A stretch of 64,000 nucleotides of DNA from Geosiphon pyriformis uo1 (GCA_016748015.1 JAAOMT010000109.1:83820-147819); one strand, 5' to 3'. Shown: positions 15,579 through 29,862, numbered from the stretch's first letter. A program made the numbers and translations. Notes: generated by a model from the sequence alone, not told the origin.

Positions 15579-16967
15579 ATGAGAGGCATTCCTTGCTGGG
15601 TTCTGATAATATTAGCAGTAACCTATCTTTCTCAAATAGCAATCTCAGGACCAATACCGAGAGGACTTAATCTTGACCGTCGTATAAAAAAGTATTCAGG
15701 TAAGGGTCCTATTNNNNNNNNNNNNNNNNNNNNCCCCCCCCCCCCCCCCCCCGAAAGATTTTGACCTCTAATTAAAAAATCTAAATAACTATTTTGTGAA
15801 TTTAAGAGCTTTACTTTTTATTCTATTTCAGTGTCTTGTGTGGACAATTGCCATTCTATTAGAAGGTAAAGATTAATTTGTAATTTATAATTTTAATCAG
15901 ATTCTTGAATAAAATCCTGTACTTTATGAGATTATACGATAATTAATATGCCGCAGAACATCTAATTAAATCTAAAAATAGTATCCCAAAAACACCCGTA
16001 TCGGTGATAGAACATCGATCAATAAATGAGACCATCCCCGAACAACAGTCACCACCAATTGGAACAGAAACAGATCAAGTAACACTAAATCCTTCGAAAC
16101 TGTCGCCCACATATTCTACATGCATGGAACCGGGAACTTTAGCTCTGGTGAGAATTCTTTTGACAATTATTATTATTATTATTATTATTATTGTCTATTA
16201 TTTAAGATAAACTCACGAAAATTTACATCATCATTTTTTAGACATTTGATGATGGTCCAGCACCAGTAATTAAAAATCTTTATCTCTTTAATTAATTTTC
16301 TGATTTTCTAAAATTTACTTTGGTATCGTTTCAGATTACCAACGCACTCCTTGATACCCTAAAAGAAAAAAATGTAAAAGCTACATTCTTTCTAAACGGT
16401 TCCAATCGTTTCTGCGTCTACTATTACAAGGATGTTCTCCTTAGAATCATAGATGAAGGTCATCAATTAGGCCATCATACCTGGAGTCATCCAAATCTAG
16501 TTTCCCTATCAGATAATGAAATTATTGATCAGATGTTCAGGCTTGAAACTGCTCTTCGTCGAATAATTGGTATGGTGCCAAGTTATATGCGACCTCCATT
16601 CGAAGCTGGAATTGATGATGATCGAGTACGGTCAATAGTAGGTGGATTAGGATACAAGATGGTTGGCTGGAATATAGATCCCGCGGATGCTTTTGAAAAT
16701 GAAGATAATTTGGATAAACAAAAAGAAGCAATTACCGAACAAATGAACCTGTACCCATCACTAGCTCCACATATTATACTTAATCATGACCCGCTTCCTA
16801 TGACTACAAATGATTTGGTGCCATGGGAAATCGATAATCTTTTGAATGCTGGCTACAAGTTCAAAACTGTTGGTGAGTGTTTGGGAGACTCGGATCCGGA
16901 TTCATGGTATAAAGAAATTAGTCCTCCTGAGGAGGTCGATCCGAATACTTGGAATTGTGATAATTAA
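15579..16967 (+). CDS. Secreted polysaccharide/chitin deacetylase (CE4, NodB domain), 5 exons
   Basis: Exons 15579-15699, 15832-15865, 15982-16147, 16242-16265 and 16335-16967 join in frame via GT-AG introns. Signal peptide MRGIPCWVLIILAVTYLSQIAISG. CE4 motifs TFDDGP, HTWSHP, RPPF, DPADA, LNHD. Confidence 0.9.
15714..15752. other. Assembly gap (20 N) followed by a poly-C run in CDA intron 1
   Basis: Directly visible. Confidence 0.95.
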
Positions 16968-19335
16968 AAAAATACAAATAGGAGCTGATCATTTTTATAA
17001 AATGCTGGACCAGTCTCCTAAGCATACTTTCCTTTTAGAATCACCTTCAAGTCTATTATTATTTTTTACGATCATGTGCATTATCAATAAACAAATATTT
17101 GGAATGATTCAAAAATTAATAAAGAAAGCGGCTGTGTCATATCCTAAATCAGAACGATATGAGAAAAAAATTTCAACCTGTTAATATGTACCATCACAAA
17201 AATCATTCTTCCGTAAAAACTTTACCGCACATTTTGGTCTTCACACAGTAGCATTAAACTTGGACTTTTTTTCCAAGTATAAAACATACATTCCAAATAG
17301 AGATTAGCAAATCAAAAACCAAGCTGTAGAATTAAAACATTTGATATACTATTATATGTTTTTAGTTTTTGAATAGCTGTAAAAGACTGACATTACCAAG
17401 AATTTAGAACCACAGGATTGAAGAAATTTTAAATGTGAAATAAAAGTAGTAAATATAAAAACCAACTAAGAGTTTTGTTCATAAATGAAAAAACTTGCTT
17501 TGATTTCAACATATAAATTATCTAAAAAATCTTTAAAAACTAATTTCTTTTTAAATTGGTTTTGTTTAACAAAATAAAATTTTCAATAATTAATAAAATT
17601 TAAGCATTTGTTTTTTTCAAACCGCTTTAAAAAACAGAAAATAGCAAAAATCATGTGTATATTAATTATCATGATTTTAGTCTTTTTTAAAAATTTAATC
17701 AATTGATACATATATTAATAAAAAAAAATAAGATTTTTAAGTATAAAATGATTTTATTTTTGATAAAGAACTTTTTATAAGGATTATTTTGGTTATTAAA
17801 TGTTTTATGAAATTTTTAATTTCAATACTTGAGTCACTAATAAGGTAATTAATTAAAAGAGTAATTAACTAAAAAAATAAATAATTAAGAAATGATACTG
17901 CTTATAAAATTAATAATAATAAAATATTTTTAATGTGACTTAACATAAGATGCAAATTAAATATATATCTATAAAGAAAATAAAACTGTATTTAAGTAAT
18001 TGTTTTTTTGTAAATTTAACAAATTACCAAGCCAAAGTAATAAACCATCAAAACTGTAAAAAATTCTATGTTAAATAATGATAAAAATAAAAAACAATAT
18101 ATACTTAATTTGAATTGAAAATAATACAATGTACAAAATTTTTTGGTTTATATTTTTTATTATAATAAACATTACTTTAATTATTTTTTTTGCAAAATAC
18201 TAATATAAGATGAAAAAAAGTTTATAATATATTATTAATTTGAAAAAAAAGATAAAAGCAATATTATTTAACAAATTATTTAAATTAAAAATCTTTGAGC
18301 CAAATCTTACTTAGAAAATAATATAAATTTTGTAATTCCAACAAAGAAAACTAATATTATATCAATATTTTCATTCATAAAAGTAATAATAACAATATAT
18401 CTTAATCAAATTTATACCTTGTCCTGAGCGATTCGATATAACTCGATTTGATGGTTTTTGTTTCAATAAGGTTATTTGATGGTAAGATATAATTTACAAA
18501 TAAGAGCGGTTAACAAATAAAATCGCGATAACTCGGATTATTTTTACAATCACGATTACGGTTTAATCAAATAAAATTCAAATAATTCCTCCAAAAGCTC
18601 ATAATATGAATGGGATGTAAAAAATACCAATGGAGCCATAAGAACAACTGAATTCTTATTATTGTTAGAAAAAATTTATAACTTTTCAAAAACCCAACTT
18701 ATATATATTAACTAAGAATAAATAAATGTCACATAGAATGGATTGCATGGTAGCATTTAAAAAATATTTCCAAAATTGGCTAAGGAGAACTGTTTCTATG
18801 ATTTTTTTATAAATTTTTAATATTGTAATTAATTTGGTTTTAAACATAATCATTGAGTGTGGGATAATAAATTTTCAATTCTGTATGCTTCAAAAATTTG
18901 TGACCTTAATTAAAAGATGGTATTTTTATGTTTCAAATTTTTCAATTAATTGTAACTCAATGCAAATTGAAAATGACTCGTTTTAATCAATTTCAATAAA
19001 ATTCAAAGTTCGTATGGAAAAACTTGAAAACCAAAGGTCTCAACAAAAAGAGGGACTAATCTGAAGAGTGACAAAGCCTTTATAGAAATTTTTTGAACGC
19101 TAATGAAGCAGTCGATAAAACAATCAATTATCTAATCAAAAGATCTTTAACGAAACAATTAACCTGACTATTTACGCATTCTATGAATGCCATTGAAAAA
19201 TATTTCCAAAAATTGATGAGAGGTTTTTTTTCTATTCATAAATTATTATTAGTAAATGGATTAATTAATTAGAGATGTATGAAATGAAATTCAAAAGATA
19301 TGAAAGATTGTATGGTAATGAACTCATAAAGAGGG

Positions 19336-19364
<29 letters not shown>
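19336..19364. repeat. (AATC)n microsatellite, about 7 units
   Basis: Directly visible. Confidence 0.9.
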
Positions 19365-19366
<2 letters not shown>

Positions 19367-19621
19367 ACTTTATTTTTACATGTATTATTGATTTTAACTG
19401 ATTAATTTTCCATGAATAGACTAATATTCAAAATGACTGATGATATTTATAGTTTAGGGATTTTATTATGAGAAATAAAATCGAAAAAGGTCATTTCATT
19501 AAGAGTTATTCTTGTTCCCTAAATATAGCGTTAGACAGAATTATATTAAATTCTTTAACATCTTACCTTTAAGCAAATAATGATAAATTCACTACGATCT
19601 AAAATTTGTAAAGTAAATAAA

Positions 19622-20480
19622 CTAACCTGCTGAAAACTTTTGTTGTTCAATACTTTTTTTATCTAATTTCTTAATCTGACGCTTCCTTTTAGAACTGTTA
19701 TTACACAAATCTTTTGTAAATTCTTCAAATTTATATTTTACTTCAATTAGTTCAGTAAAGGAGGGTCCAAATAAGAGAGGTGGTAATTTCAGGTTTAAGT
19801 TCATCTAAAATATTCATTCACATCAAAAGATAGCGTCATTAAGAAGATTATGAAAGTAAGGCGGGTATTATTCTTAATTCCCATAAAAATCATGCCAGAA
19901 AATATAATTATCCCCGGCTATTGTGAACCTTTCCTCTCATAAAACTTCTGTTGGGATTACTCCAAATATTGAATCATTCGAAGTCGCAACTTCGTACATA
20001 ACTATTTTTGAATTTTAAGTCATGATAAACCATACATGCAGACCAAGGTGTAGGATGAATATTTGAGGATAAAATATTTCAAAGTATCTCCATGTTTGGC
20101 AACTTCAATCATCCAATCCTGTAATCAAGTGTTTATGCTTTTGCAGCACCTATTATTAAAGAGACATGAACATCGCTCTTCTATTAAAAAGAAAATAAAA
20201 AATCAAAGTATAAGATTTAAATTCAGATGAATATTTTGATTACTTACCTTAATAAATTTATTGCAAATTCTATCCCATTTCACTATTCAACATATCTATA
20301 TATATTTCATCAACTGCCTCGTCCCCACTTTGCAAAATCTTCAAATAATAGGATCCATACGTGTTGCAGTTATGAGATTGTAAGTTTTTCTTACTTTGAG
20401 TTTTTTCCATTGTGAAAGAGTATTACGCGAATGCTGATAAATAAGATTTTGGCATATTTCTATTTAAATATTTGTCCCTC
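19622..20480 (-). pseudogene. Degenerate tyrosine-kinase-like (TKL) protein kinase pseudogene
   Basis: Colinear minus-strand relics of kinase subdomains: EDFAKWG (Gly loop), MIEVAKHGD (~20085-20110), MVYHDLK (HRD loop, ~20017-20033), IFGVIP.EVL..RFTIAGD (~19910-19965), ELKPEITTSLI..PSFTELIE. Many stops and frameshifts. 5' boundary approximate. Confidence 0.65.
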
Positions 20481-23400
20481 ACTTTTAAATGGGAGCTTTC
20501 TTTCAAAAATTTCTAAAGACTGACCTCGTATTTTATCCTGATTCTCTAAATTCTAATATTAGATGTTAGCTCCGGAATCAATTGATATTTTTACCAACAT
20601 TGTTTGTGTGTGTAATGCATGATTTAAGACTTTATGCATTTACCTTGCACACAGAAAATTAAACATCTGTAATACCTCAAAGTTAGTCATTTCCAAAATC
20701 TGTTGTCTTAAGAATTTATTCAGAAATTTTTTTAAATAATTGAATATGAAAATGGAGATTGTGTTGGTTATCTTCAGCCTCAAATAAAATTTTTAAATGG
20801 CCCATAATCTGTAGTATTAAAATGCTGACTAACTTTCAACAAAGTAAATTGGTAACCATAAAATATTGATTCTAGGTTCAAATCAGATATTGTTATCGAG
20901 CTTCATTTTCCGAGATATCTATTTTAAATTTTTGCAGTGTGATATAAATTCTCGATATATTTTTTAATATAGCTAAAGAATAAGATATCTAATTGGATAG
21001 AAATTGTCTAACAAATTCGGCATTTTAATCTTGAAAAAAATCGAAAATAATACTGAATTCGACTTTAGTAATTAACATTAGAATTTTATTAAATCTTGAA
21101 ATAGTTTAATTTTTTATAATTTTTCCACAAGAATAAAATTTTTGCAACAAGTCCACGGTTTGAAATTTACAAATAAAGCAATTTAAATCTTACATAAGTA
21201 AAAAGAGTATTTTCAAACCAAATATAAAAAATTTAAGAAACATTCTAAATAATAAGTAAGCAATTCTAAAAAAAAAGTCATAAATATGACAAATTTACAA
21301 AGCTAAAATATTTTTTGTTTTTACATATTTTAAAGTAAATTTAAATTTACAAAAATATATATTTTTTATTTAAATTCAGCTGCTAAAATTAAAAGTAAAA
21401 AAAATGTGTTGGTAAAAAGAAAGAAATTATGAATTTAACTTTCTAATTGATGTAAAACCATGTCAACAAATAATAAATTAATTTAATTATTTCTGAATAT
21501 GTGAAAGTCCAAATTTATAATCTGCCAGTTGAAAATGTCTTGAAAAGCTTTTTTTCTACTCTTTAATATTCAGAAGAATTATAATACAATTTTCAAGTGC
21601 AATACTTGAATTAATAACTTGAGATTTTCAATTAGGAAATTTAAATTTCAATTGCTTCTAACAGAACAAATTAATAATAATGGGATTCACGAATTTGTCT
21701 GATTTGAAGAGAAAATCTTTCATCATAATCTTGAAATTTGTCTGGCAAAGAGGCCCCTAATAAAGAATTTTATTTTGCTAATAGGTAATATTTGGCCAAT
21801 TTTGAGAAATAAGTAGGAATCTAAAACAATATATTCTCTTGTCAAAAAAATTATTTTCTAATGTATACACATATGGTTAAAGGGAAACTTTATTAGAATT
21901 ATTTATACATTATAAGTTTCTCTGAATAAATTAAAATAACATATATATATATATATATTAAATGTCAAATATTGCAACAAAAATTCTATGCTTTTTTTGT
22001 GAAGTATTGATTGAATTCTTCTTGTAGAAATAGGATTTATTGTCTTTTATAGAAATATCTGCTAAATTCTTTCGTCATAATTCCTTATTTTAAAGAATAG
22101 TAATCCTTAATTTTTGGCATTTTCAGGTGGTCACGTTTTAGAAAGTTCTCCCAATTCATGAGCTGTAAAAACTCGCATAAAAGTTATACGATGAAATCCT
22201 ATATTTTTTGCAATCTATTTATTGCGTTTTTTTGCAAGGGCCAATATATGCGACAAATTAAAAAATAATGTATCACAAAAATTAGATAGCTAGTTACATA
22301 CAAAAAGGTTAATTAATTAACTATCTAATTTTTGACCCTGAAATATTTTTGTCACCCTTCCCCCGATATCTTAGTATGTTAATGAAAGATTAGAGATCCA
22401 ATACATCTTTTTAGAGTTCAGAAAATAACTATGGACAAATTTCTACACTTGAAAAGTTTTCCATAAATTTATATCCAAAATTTTAAATAGAAGATTGTAA
22501 AAATTTTTTGAAAGAGTTTTCCCGAAAAAAATCCAATATCTAAAGAGAAACTCATATTGTCAAAATATTTTAAGCACATTAGTTGACTGAGAGGGAATTT
22601 AGGTGTCCCAATTTTTTGATAAATAAATATTTTGTTCCAGATAAGAATATTTTGAAATGAAACAGATTAAATTTAAAATAATCTTTACAATCACCAATAT
22701 AAAACTAAAAAACAAGCAAACAAATTAGTTTATCTTGAACTATTAATTAATTCTTTAATAGATGGGTTTGAAATCAATTAATTACAAAAGGATGAATTTA
22801 AAATTTTTCGTAATACAAAAAAAAATAAGAATGAGAACGGGAAAGACTAATTACATTACATGTATGGACAATACTTTTCAGAAAATGTTCATTCATCCTT
22901 GATCAAAGATCTATTGTTGTAATCTTTTGAAGTGAAACCATTTTGATCAAAATTAAACCCAGAGTTTTACAATGTTGATTGGGAATTATAACTCATTTAA
23001 AAGCTTTAATGATATTTTAAAATAAAATTTCCAAAATCATTTATGAGCTTTTCCCAAATCAATTTAAATTAACTGATTCAAAAAATTAGATGGCAGCAAA
23101 ATTTTATCCTTGTAGAAACCTCTTCAAATTTATCCAAGATATGTGAAATTGGGGTTATAAAAAATCGACTCTTGGACATTGGTAATATATATTTTTAAAT
23201 TTTTTATTTAACCACAAATTTTTATTATGAAAATCTCCAGTATAAATATATTTTAAAAAGTTCAACTTGTATTGATTGACACAGAAATTTGTCATTAAAA
23301 CGATACATTTTTGAATTAGACTCCAATCTTTACTTTTAATATTTATTAATATTTTTATTTAATTTGTTGATATCGAAAATAGAATCATTTTATCATGATA

Positions 23401-23590
23401 AATATTTATTTATCTCTACTTTTGTTTTGTATACTATAACAATGATGCTTGGGGTTGTTTAGAGAACTAAAACTCAAACCGAAAATTCCTAATCTGTCTT
23501 AAAAAAATATTTGGAAAATCTTTTTGACTTGATCTTTTTAAATAAAATCAAAAATTGTCGCTGAAAAAAATTTTCGATTTTAAGCTCAAC

Positions 23591-25137
23591 ATGAAACTTA
23601 GCAATACATTTATCTCAAAAAAATTGTTTTTAGAACTCAATATTATAAAGTTTTCGTATAAAATTCAAACTAGACTTTGGTGGATTTTTCTTCTAATTCT
23701 AATTGGAAAACTTTTGTATGAGACTTTAGTGTTTAAAACAAGATTAGACAAAAAAACTATCGTAAAAAAATCATCATTTCAATTCGAAAAATTTACAAAT
23801 CATGTAAAAAAAAGCCAACTTTCTTTTTCGTCAACACTTATAAAACAAAATATAACTTTAAATAAGCGGATTAATACGGCAGAAGAAATCTCACTCCCTA
23901 AAAAATTAGTCAATGATCTAATATTCAAAGAATTTTTGGCAAACATGGCACACATGGCAAATATTCCTCATTGCCTTTTTGGTCATAAATACGTCAATAA
24001 CGCCCGTTTAATAGTTTGTAAGTGTGAAATTGTTTTAGAGTATTTAGTTGAATGCCTAATAATTATTTTAAACGTTTGGTGCCCTACAGTCGATGTAACA
24101 ATTGCTATGATTGAAAACAGAAGAGCAATTATTGGATACTTTCGGGGTAAGTGATTAGCAATCATATTTTTTTTTTCGAATTTATTGTTAAATATTCTTT
24201 TAAATTCATTTACATGTGTGACTCAAGGACCCGAATATTCTATACATGAATGGGATAGAAAAAGATTTGAACTTAAATCACATGATTGGCCAATTTACTC
24301 TGTTTGGTACGATGTGTTGACTAGCGAACATTTTATTAGAAGTGCTACAAAAATTGACAAACTTATCTCAACGTGGACTGATGAAATAATTCCATTTTAT
24401 TTTGCTGGACATGGTATAGGAGGAGGTAGGGTTCTTTAAATTATAAAGTCGTATTTAAATCCCCATGCACAGGCGATACTTTACTTTACTTTTAATGAAA
24501 AGCTCTTTTTAACTTTTAAATTCTAATTACTATCAAGTGTATGCCCTAGTTGTGGGTATGAATATAGCAATGTCCAATAAGCCTAATGCAAAACCAAACC
24601 TATGGAAAAAAAGAGATGTTACCGTTGTCACTTTTGGGCAACCAAGAGTAGGAAGTTATAAATTCGCCCAACGTGTTAACCAGCTCAGGATGCTGAACTT
24701 TCTCAAAATATATCGTGTAACACACACAGATGATTATATTCCTCAACTACCAAATAAAGGGGATTCAGGAATAAAATATTTTCATAGTGATCGAGAGTAT
24801 TGGATTTCAAATCCTGATTGTGAGTGTACAGCGTCGTCTAAAACAGATGGTTACGAACTTTTTGATTGTCCAGGTTACTCTGACTTGGATTCTAATTTAT
24901 TTGGTGAAAATAAAGTAACAAGCTTTCAATTTTGATGTTCAACCGTTTTTATTCAAACATGTTGAATAACTGTTTAAAAAATCTTAATCTTAGGAATGTA
25001 ACCTTGGAACGAGTTCAACAACAAACTACGAAGCTGGTTTCCGAAATTATTTTGGTACCATTTTTGGGGATTGCTTTTCTTTTCAAAATAATCCAAGAAA
25101 TTCATTATTTCCTTTTGAAGGATTGAGACTAGTTTAG
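23591..25137 (+). CDS. Class-3 lipase-like protein lacking catalytic residues; 5' end uncertain, possibly damaged
   Basis: Exons ..-24017, 24090-24146, 24228-24425, 24538-24914 and 24994-25137. Motifs YFRGPE, FAGHGIGG, TFGQPRVG, RVTHTDDYIPQLP, EYWI. A signal-peptide-like stretch at ~23395-23460 is interrupted by stops. Confidence 0.7.
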
Positions 25138-28100
25138 AAATTGTTCTTGAAGTTTTCCTTTTTAGAATTTTTAATTTTGCAAAATTATCTTCAAATTTAA
25201 ATTCTTTATAAAAATTTTAGTTCAAGGACAAACCCAAATGAAAATATCAAGTTTTAAGAATAAAGCTGTTGATTTTAATAAATAAATTTATATAATTAAA
25301 ATGCTGTTATATTTAATTGAGTATTTTTGTACTTGAATAAAAGATCTTTTTTGAAGAACTTGATAATTTTGTAATTTTTTTTATTGAATGACACTAGTTG
25401 TGGCCAAAAAAAGCATATACAATACAGACTCAAAACCTTTTAAATCTACTAAATTAATCAATCTCAACTAATTTCTAATAAGTTGTTAAACAATAAAATA
25501 AATATCAATTTATTAAAATTATATATATTTATGAAGTTAAAGATTTCCCTTTTCAAATTTCAGAGTGGGAAACATATTTGTGAGAAATTATTAATTAAAG
25601 ACAATAGATGTAAGCATATTGAGACTGTTCATAAGTAGATACAATAGGAATAAACAAAATTGATCACACACAAAAATACCACAACGCTTTGACTGAATTC
25701 GTCATTGTATACGTCAAAACATTTGTCAAAACTTTTCAAGATCAAGCGGTATGTTACACTTAAAGTAAACGGAATATTCATTGTGATTCCTGAAGAACAA
25801 TGCCTATATTGACATCTAACTTTTGCACTCTCTACTTTAAATTTCTGGAAAGCTTTCTTTCTCTTGTCAAAGTTTTTAATTTCAACGTCAAAATTAGGAA
25901 AAGAATCAAAAAACAGATATTGCTCAATGTGATGCAGCTGAATAATTGTTTTCATAGAAAAAACAAAAGGGTAAGAACTAGTATGACATGATATAACCAT
26001 CCAAATATGAAGTTGTGTGGGGGAGGGGGGCAAAAAAAAAATGAAAAGTGATACTCGTGATCTGAAAAACAATTTATTGAAAAGAAAAATTTTAAAAGAT
26101 TGTTTATAAAAATTGTTTTTTTTTTTATAAAACACATCTAAAGTCTTTGCGATATCTCTCGCTTTCAACATACCTTTCATCTGCCAAAGACAAGACAAAA
26201 GCCAAACCTGAATTTACTTGGTCAATCTTTTATATAATAAATCTTTTTCCCAAAAATCATCGAGACTTTATTGCAATTCAAAAACCACAATGCAACAAAC
26301 CAATATCAATTTAAAGATACGTTTAAACGAAGAGGAAACACCAGGAGACCATTAATTCTTTCACAAACTTATCAAATGATTACGAAACAAACAAAAGCCA
26401 ATTGTCGACATTCAGTTAAGGTGGTTTTTTACCTTGGTTTTAAAAATTAAAAGTTTGGAAAAAAAATGAAAATTCATATATAAAAGAAAATAGCCAGTTT
26501 ATTCAAGACTAAAAGATCCCAAAAATTTTTTTAAGTGGGACGGTTTTTGTGTCAAGAGAAAAACTAGCTTTATATTGACATTTTCCAACGTGAAGTAGAA
26601 AAATGAATTTTAAAAGAATGGAATTCTTTGCCAAAAACTAGGCGTTGGGAGTTAAAGAATTGCATATAATAATAACAATAATAAATTTATCTCAATAAAA
26701 TCTATTACTTTTGGTCTTTCTAACATTATATGATTTCATGTTAATTTTTTGTCATATTTTACGATTCCTATGAGACCCATTTTGCATATAATCATCTTTA
26801 TTATAGTTAAAAATTTTAAATAGAATTTAGAATTTTACAGGAAACTTAACTTTCTCTATATAACCATTCAAAAAGAAAAAAAAAAGTTTTATCATTGAAT
26901 AAATTTTAAAATTAAATGTATATATATATATTATAATATAGGTTTTAATTAAAAGTAATAATTAAGTTACTACATATATAATATATGACAATACAAAGAT
27001 ATTATTCATGATAAGGTGGTGACGGTGGTGGTTCATTGGGTATCTGGTATAAAGATGGTGGATGTTGTTTGGGGTTTTATTTCATTTTGAATGGTTATTG
27101 ACATTTGAGGTTGGGATTTTTTATTTTCAAAATTCTGGATATAGGATGAAAGGAGGCTGACAACAGTTCTAAATAGTAGACGGTTTCGGCGACGGCAATG
27201 AAGACTTCTTTTATGGACGGTGCTTACTCTGTCTCGAGAACACATTTCAAAAAGCTTTTTCTAGCAAGTCTTTGATAATGCTAGTGTAAAAATTCTTTCT
27301 TTTCCAACGATAACAAAAATTTGATTCAGGAGATGCTTAATAAAATTTCTTAAAAGGTTATCGCTTTTCTCAAATTGAATTTCTGAAATTATTAGATTGA
27401 ATTTAAGAATCTTACTTGTATTTATAGGCTTAAAACACGTAAAAAATAAAAAAAAATTTACAAGATGATTTTTCGATATTATTATTTTAAAAGCTTGGCA
27501 CACCAAAAGGAAAGTTTCCGGATTGAATACAATTTGGGAACACTATTTTTAGAGTGCATATGAAACAATAAACAGGCTTATGGATTGCCAAGCCGGAATT
27601 TTGATTCCAAAAATTGAAATGATTCTTTTCGTAATATTATCAAAACTTGATTAATAAATTTTTTCGAAATGTCACTCAATGGACGAAACACATGATTAAG
27701 AAATTTTTTTTTATTGAAAAGCAAAAAAGATAATTCATTTGAAGCTTCTATTAACCAAAAAATTTAAGGGGGAAGTTTAAATGGATGGTTTTCAGATTAT
27801 TTCAGCATCAAATTAAAAGCGAAAAATGCGTTGTTATGATATCCTACCTAAGAAATAAAAGCCAAAAAATTTTAATATTAACCTCGTCTCTTTTTTGTTG
27901 ACCATGAGAAAAAAATTGTAAAGCTAATATTTCTGACCGAGGACAGATTATTAAAAGGTGGTCACACAAAGGCTAGCATCAGGGTGAAAAACTAAATCCT
28001 AAACAAAGCACAAAAATAACCAGAGTAATGTAAAAAAAAATCAACACTAAAAAAGGTTAGTTTGTTGTGGATAAAAATATATACGCAGACCCCCCATGAC

Positions 28101-29269
28101 ACAACGCAGGTTTTTTTAAAAATTTTGATTAGAGAAAAAAAAAAAACGGCTAACAAAGAATGACTAAATAGTTAAAGACTGAAATTTTTTTGTTCCTACT
28201 TGCAAAAAAAACCACAATTCGTGATTTTGAATTATTAAAATAAATAGAAAAACTTTACTACAACTCAAATGATTAATGAAAAAAACTAGATAAAGCATAA
28301 GTATTAATAATGTAACTTTTGAATACACACAGAGACTACTACTAAAGAAAAAACATTTTCTTATCAACAGCGTAAATGTTTAAGAAAATTTTTTTTAGCT
28401 TAGTAAATTCAAAGCCCATTTATTTGGGTAAAATCAAAGATTTTATTTTTAATAAAAAACTACAACTAATTCTCATTAAATAATAATATTTTGAATTACA
28501 ATTCAATTTCAATTTTGTCTAGCTAAAATATAAAATAAATTTTCAACCTTTTAAAATTGTGTTTGGGAATAGTTGAAATACTGTTTCATCAGAAAATAAG
28601 GTCGACATTCTGGCATAGTAATTGGTACTATATGAAATATTTACTCCTTTATATTTATTTAGCTTAGTAGTAATTCTTTGTAGAGAGATAAAGAAGAATT
28701 TTTTATGAAAATATTCTCAGTACCTACTTTTCTTGATACAGGTGTCGTCAATCTTTTTTCCTGTTTTTTTTTTAACAGTCGTCTAATGTGAATTATATAC
28801 AAAGCTGCAAAATTAATTCGGCGTGGGAAATAGTCCATCACATGAGCTTTCATGTGGATCTTATTTGGGTAAAAAATGAAAAAAAAGTTTATTGCCCAAA
28901 TTTTTTCATCAGACACATTATCTCATCACAATATTCCTCATTTTTTAAAAGGATAACATTATGAGAATTTGATTTTTTCAAGAAAAACCCAAAGAATTAA
29001 CACGGTCACTAATTTTCATGCTTTATAATAAAAATTTTTCAGATAATAAAACCGTTATTTATTTACATTTGGCTTATTAAAAAATCTCTTAAAGTTTATT
29101 GCTCACCTAAATTTAATGGTTTTTGCCCGAAATAGAACTTTGAGACTAATATTTTTCATAAAAAAGTACCACCAATACTTTTTTTCCTGGTGTCCATACA
29201 GTATATTTTTACATCAAGTTTTCATCTTAATAAAATAATAACTTTCATTCTCAGCATCACTTTGAAAAC

Positions 29270-29524
29270 CTAGATAGATACATGTAAAAGATCCACCTCG
29301 TCCCTTGATATTTTTAGCGAGAGAAGCCATCTCAATGTTGAGGATGATGGTTCAGAGTTTCCTGAGGGCATTAATGATGATGATGATGATGATGACGCTC
29401 TTTTGTTTGATTGCATATTGTAAGCGTGTTTACCATAAGTGGCAACAAATGATAAAAGGACGACCGTTGCTAGGTATTTAGGAGCTCCACTTCTAATTGA
29501 ACTTTGAAGCGAATTTCGTGACAT
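29270..29524 (-). CDS. Small (84 aa) single-TM protein of unknown function
   Basis: Intact ATG-to-stop ORF with gene-like GC content, a basic Ser-rich N-terminus, a hydrophobic segment (YLATVVLLSFVATYG) and a TATAAA ~130 bp upstream. Confidence 0.5.
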   Translation of the reverse strand: MSRNSLQSSIRSGAPKYLATVVLLSFVATYGKHAYNMQSNKRASSSSSSSLMPSGNSEPSSSTLRWLLSLKISRDEVDLLHVSI

Positions 29525-29861
29525 GTTTTACTGATGAAGATATCGAAAAATTTAAAAAAATATGTCGAATATTTATTACGTATTTCAAAGATTAAAATTT
29601 CTTAAAAATGAATTCGGGGGGAGATGAAAATTTTTAATTTAAATCCCCATTTATAAAAAGATGAGAAATTCTCACTGGTTTATTTTTTGTAGAATGATCA
29701 CAAAAGAATATTTACTACTCACCTGATATTACTGGGGAGGTCGTTTTTGAATGCGCCATGACGAGAATTGTTAATATTTGGAGTGTAAACATTGCACGAA
29801 CCATCAAATAACATTCTAAAAGCTAATCAAAGGTCATGGGAAAAAATTGTGAGATAATTAG

Positions 29862-29862
<1 letters not shown>

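Noticed and set aside
15579-15764. Poly-proline secreted peptide in the ORF track
   Set aside because: Read-through of CDA exon 1 into an intron containing an N gap and poly-C.
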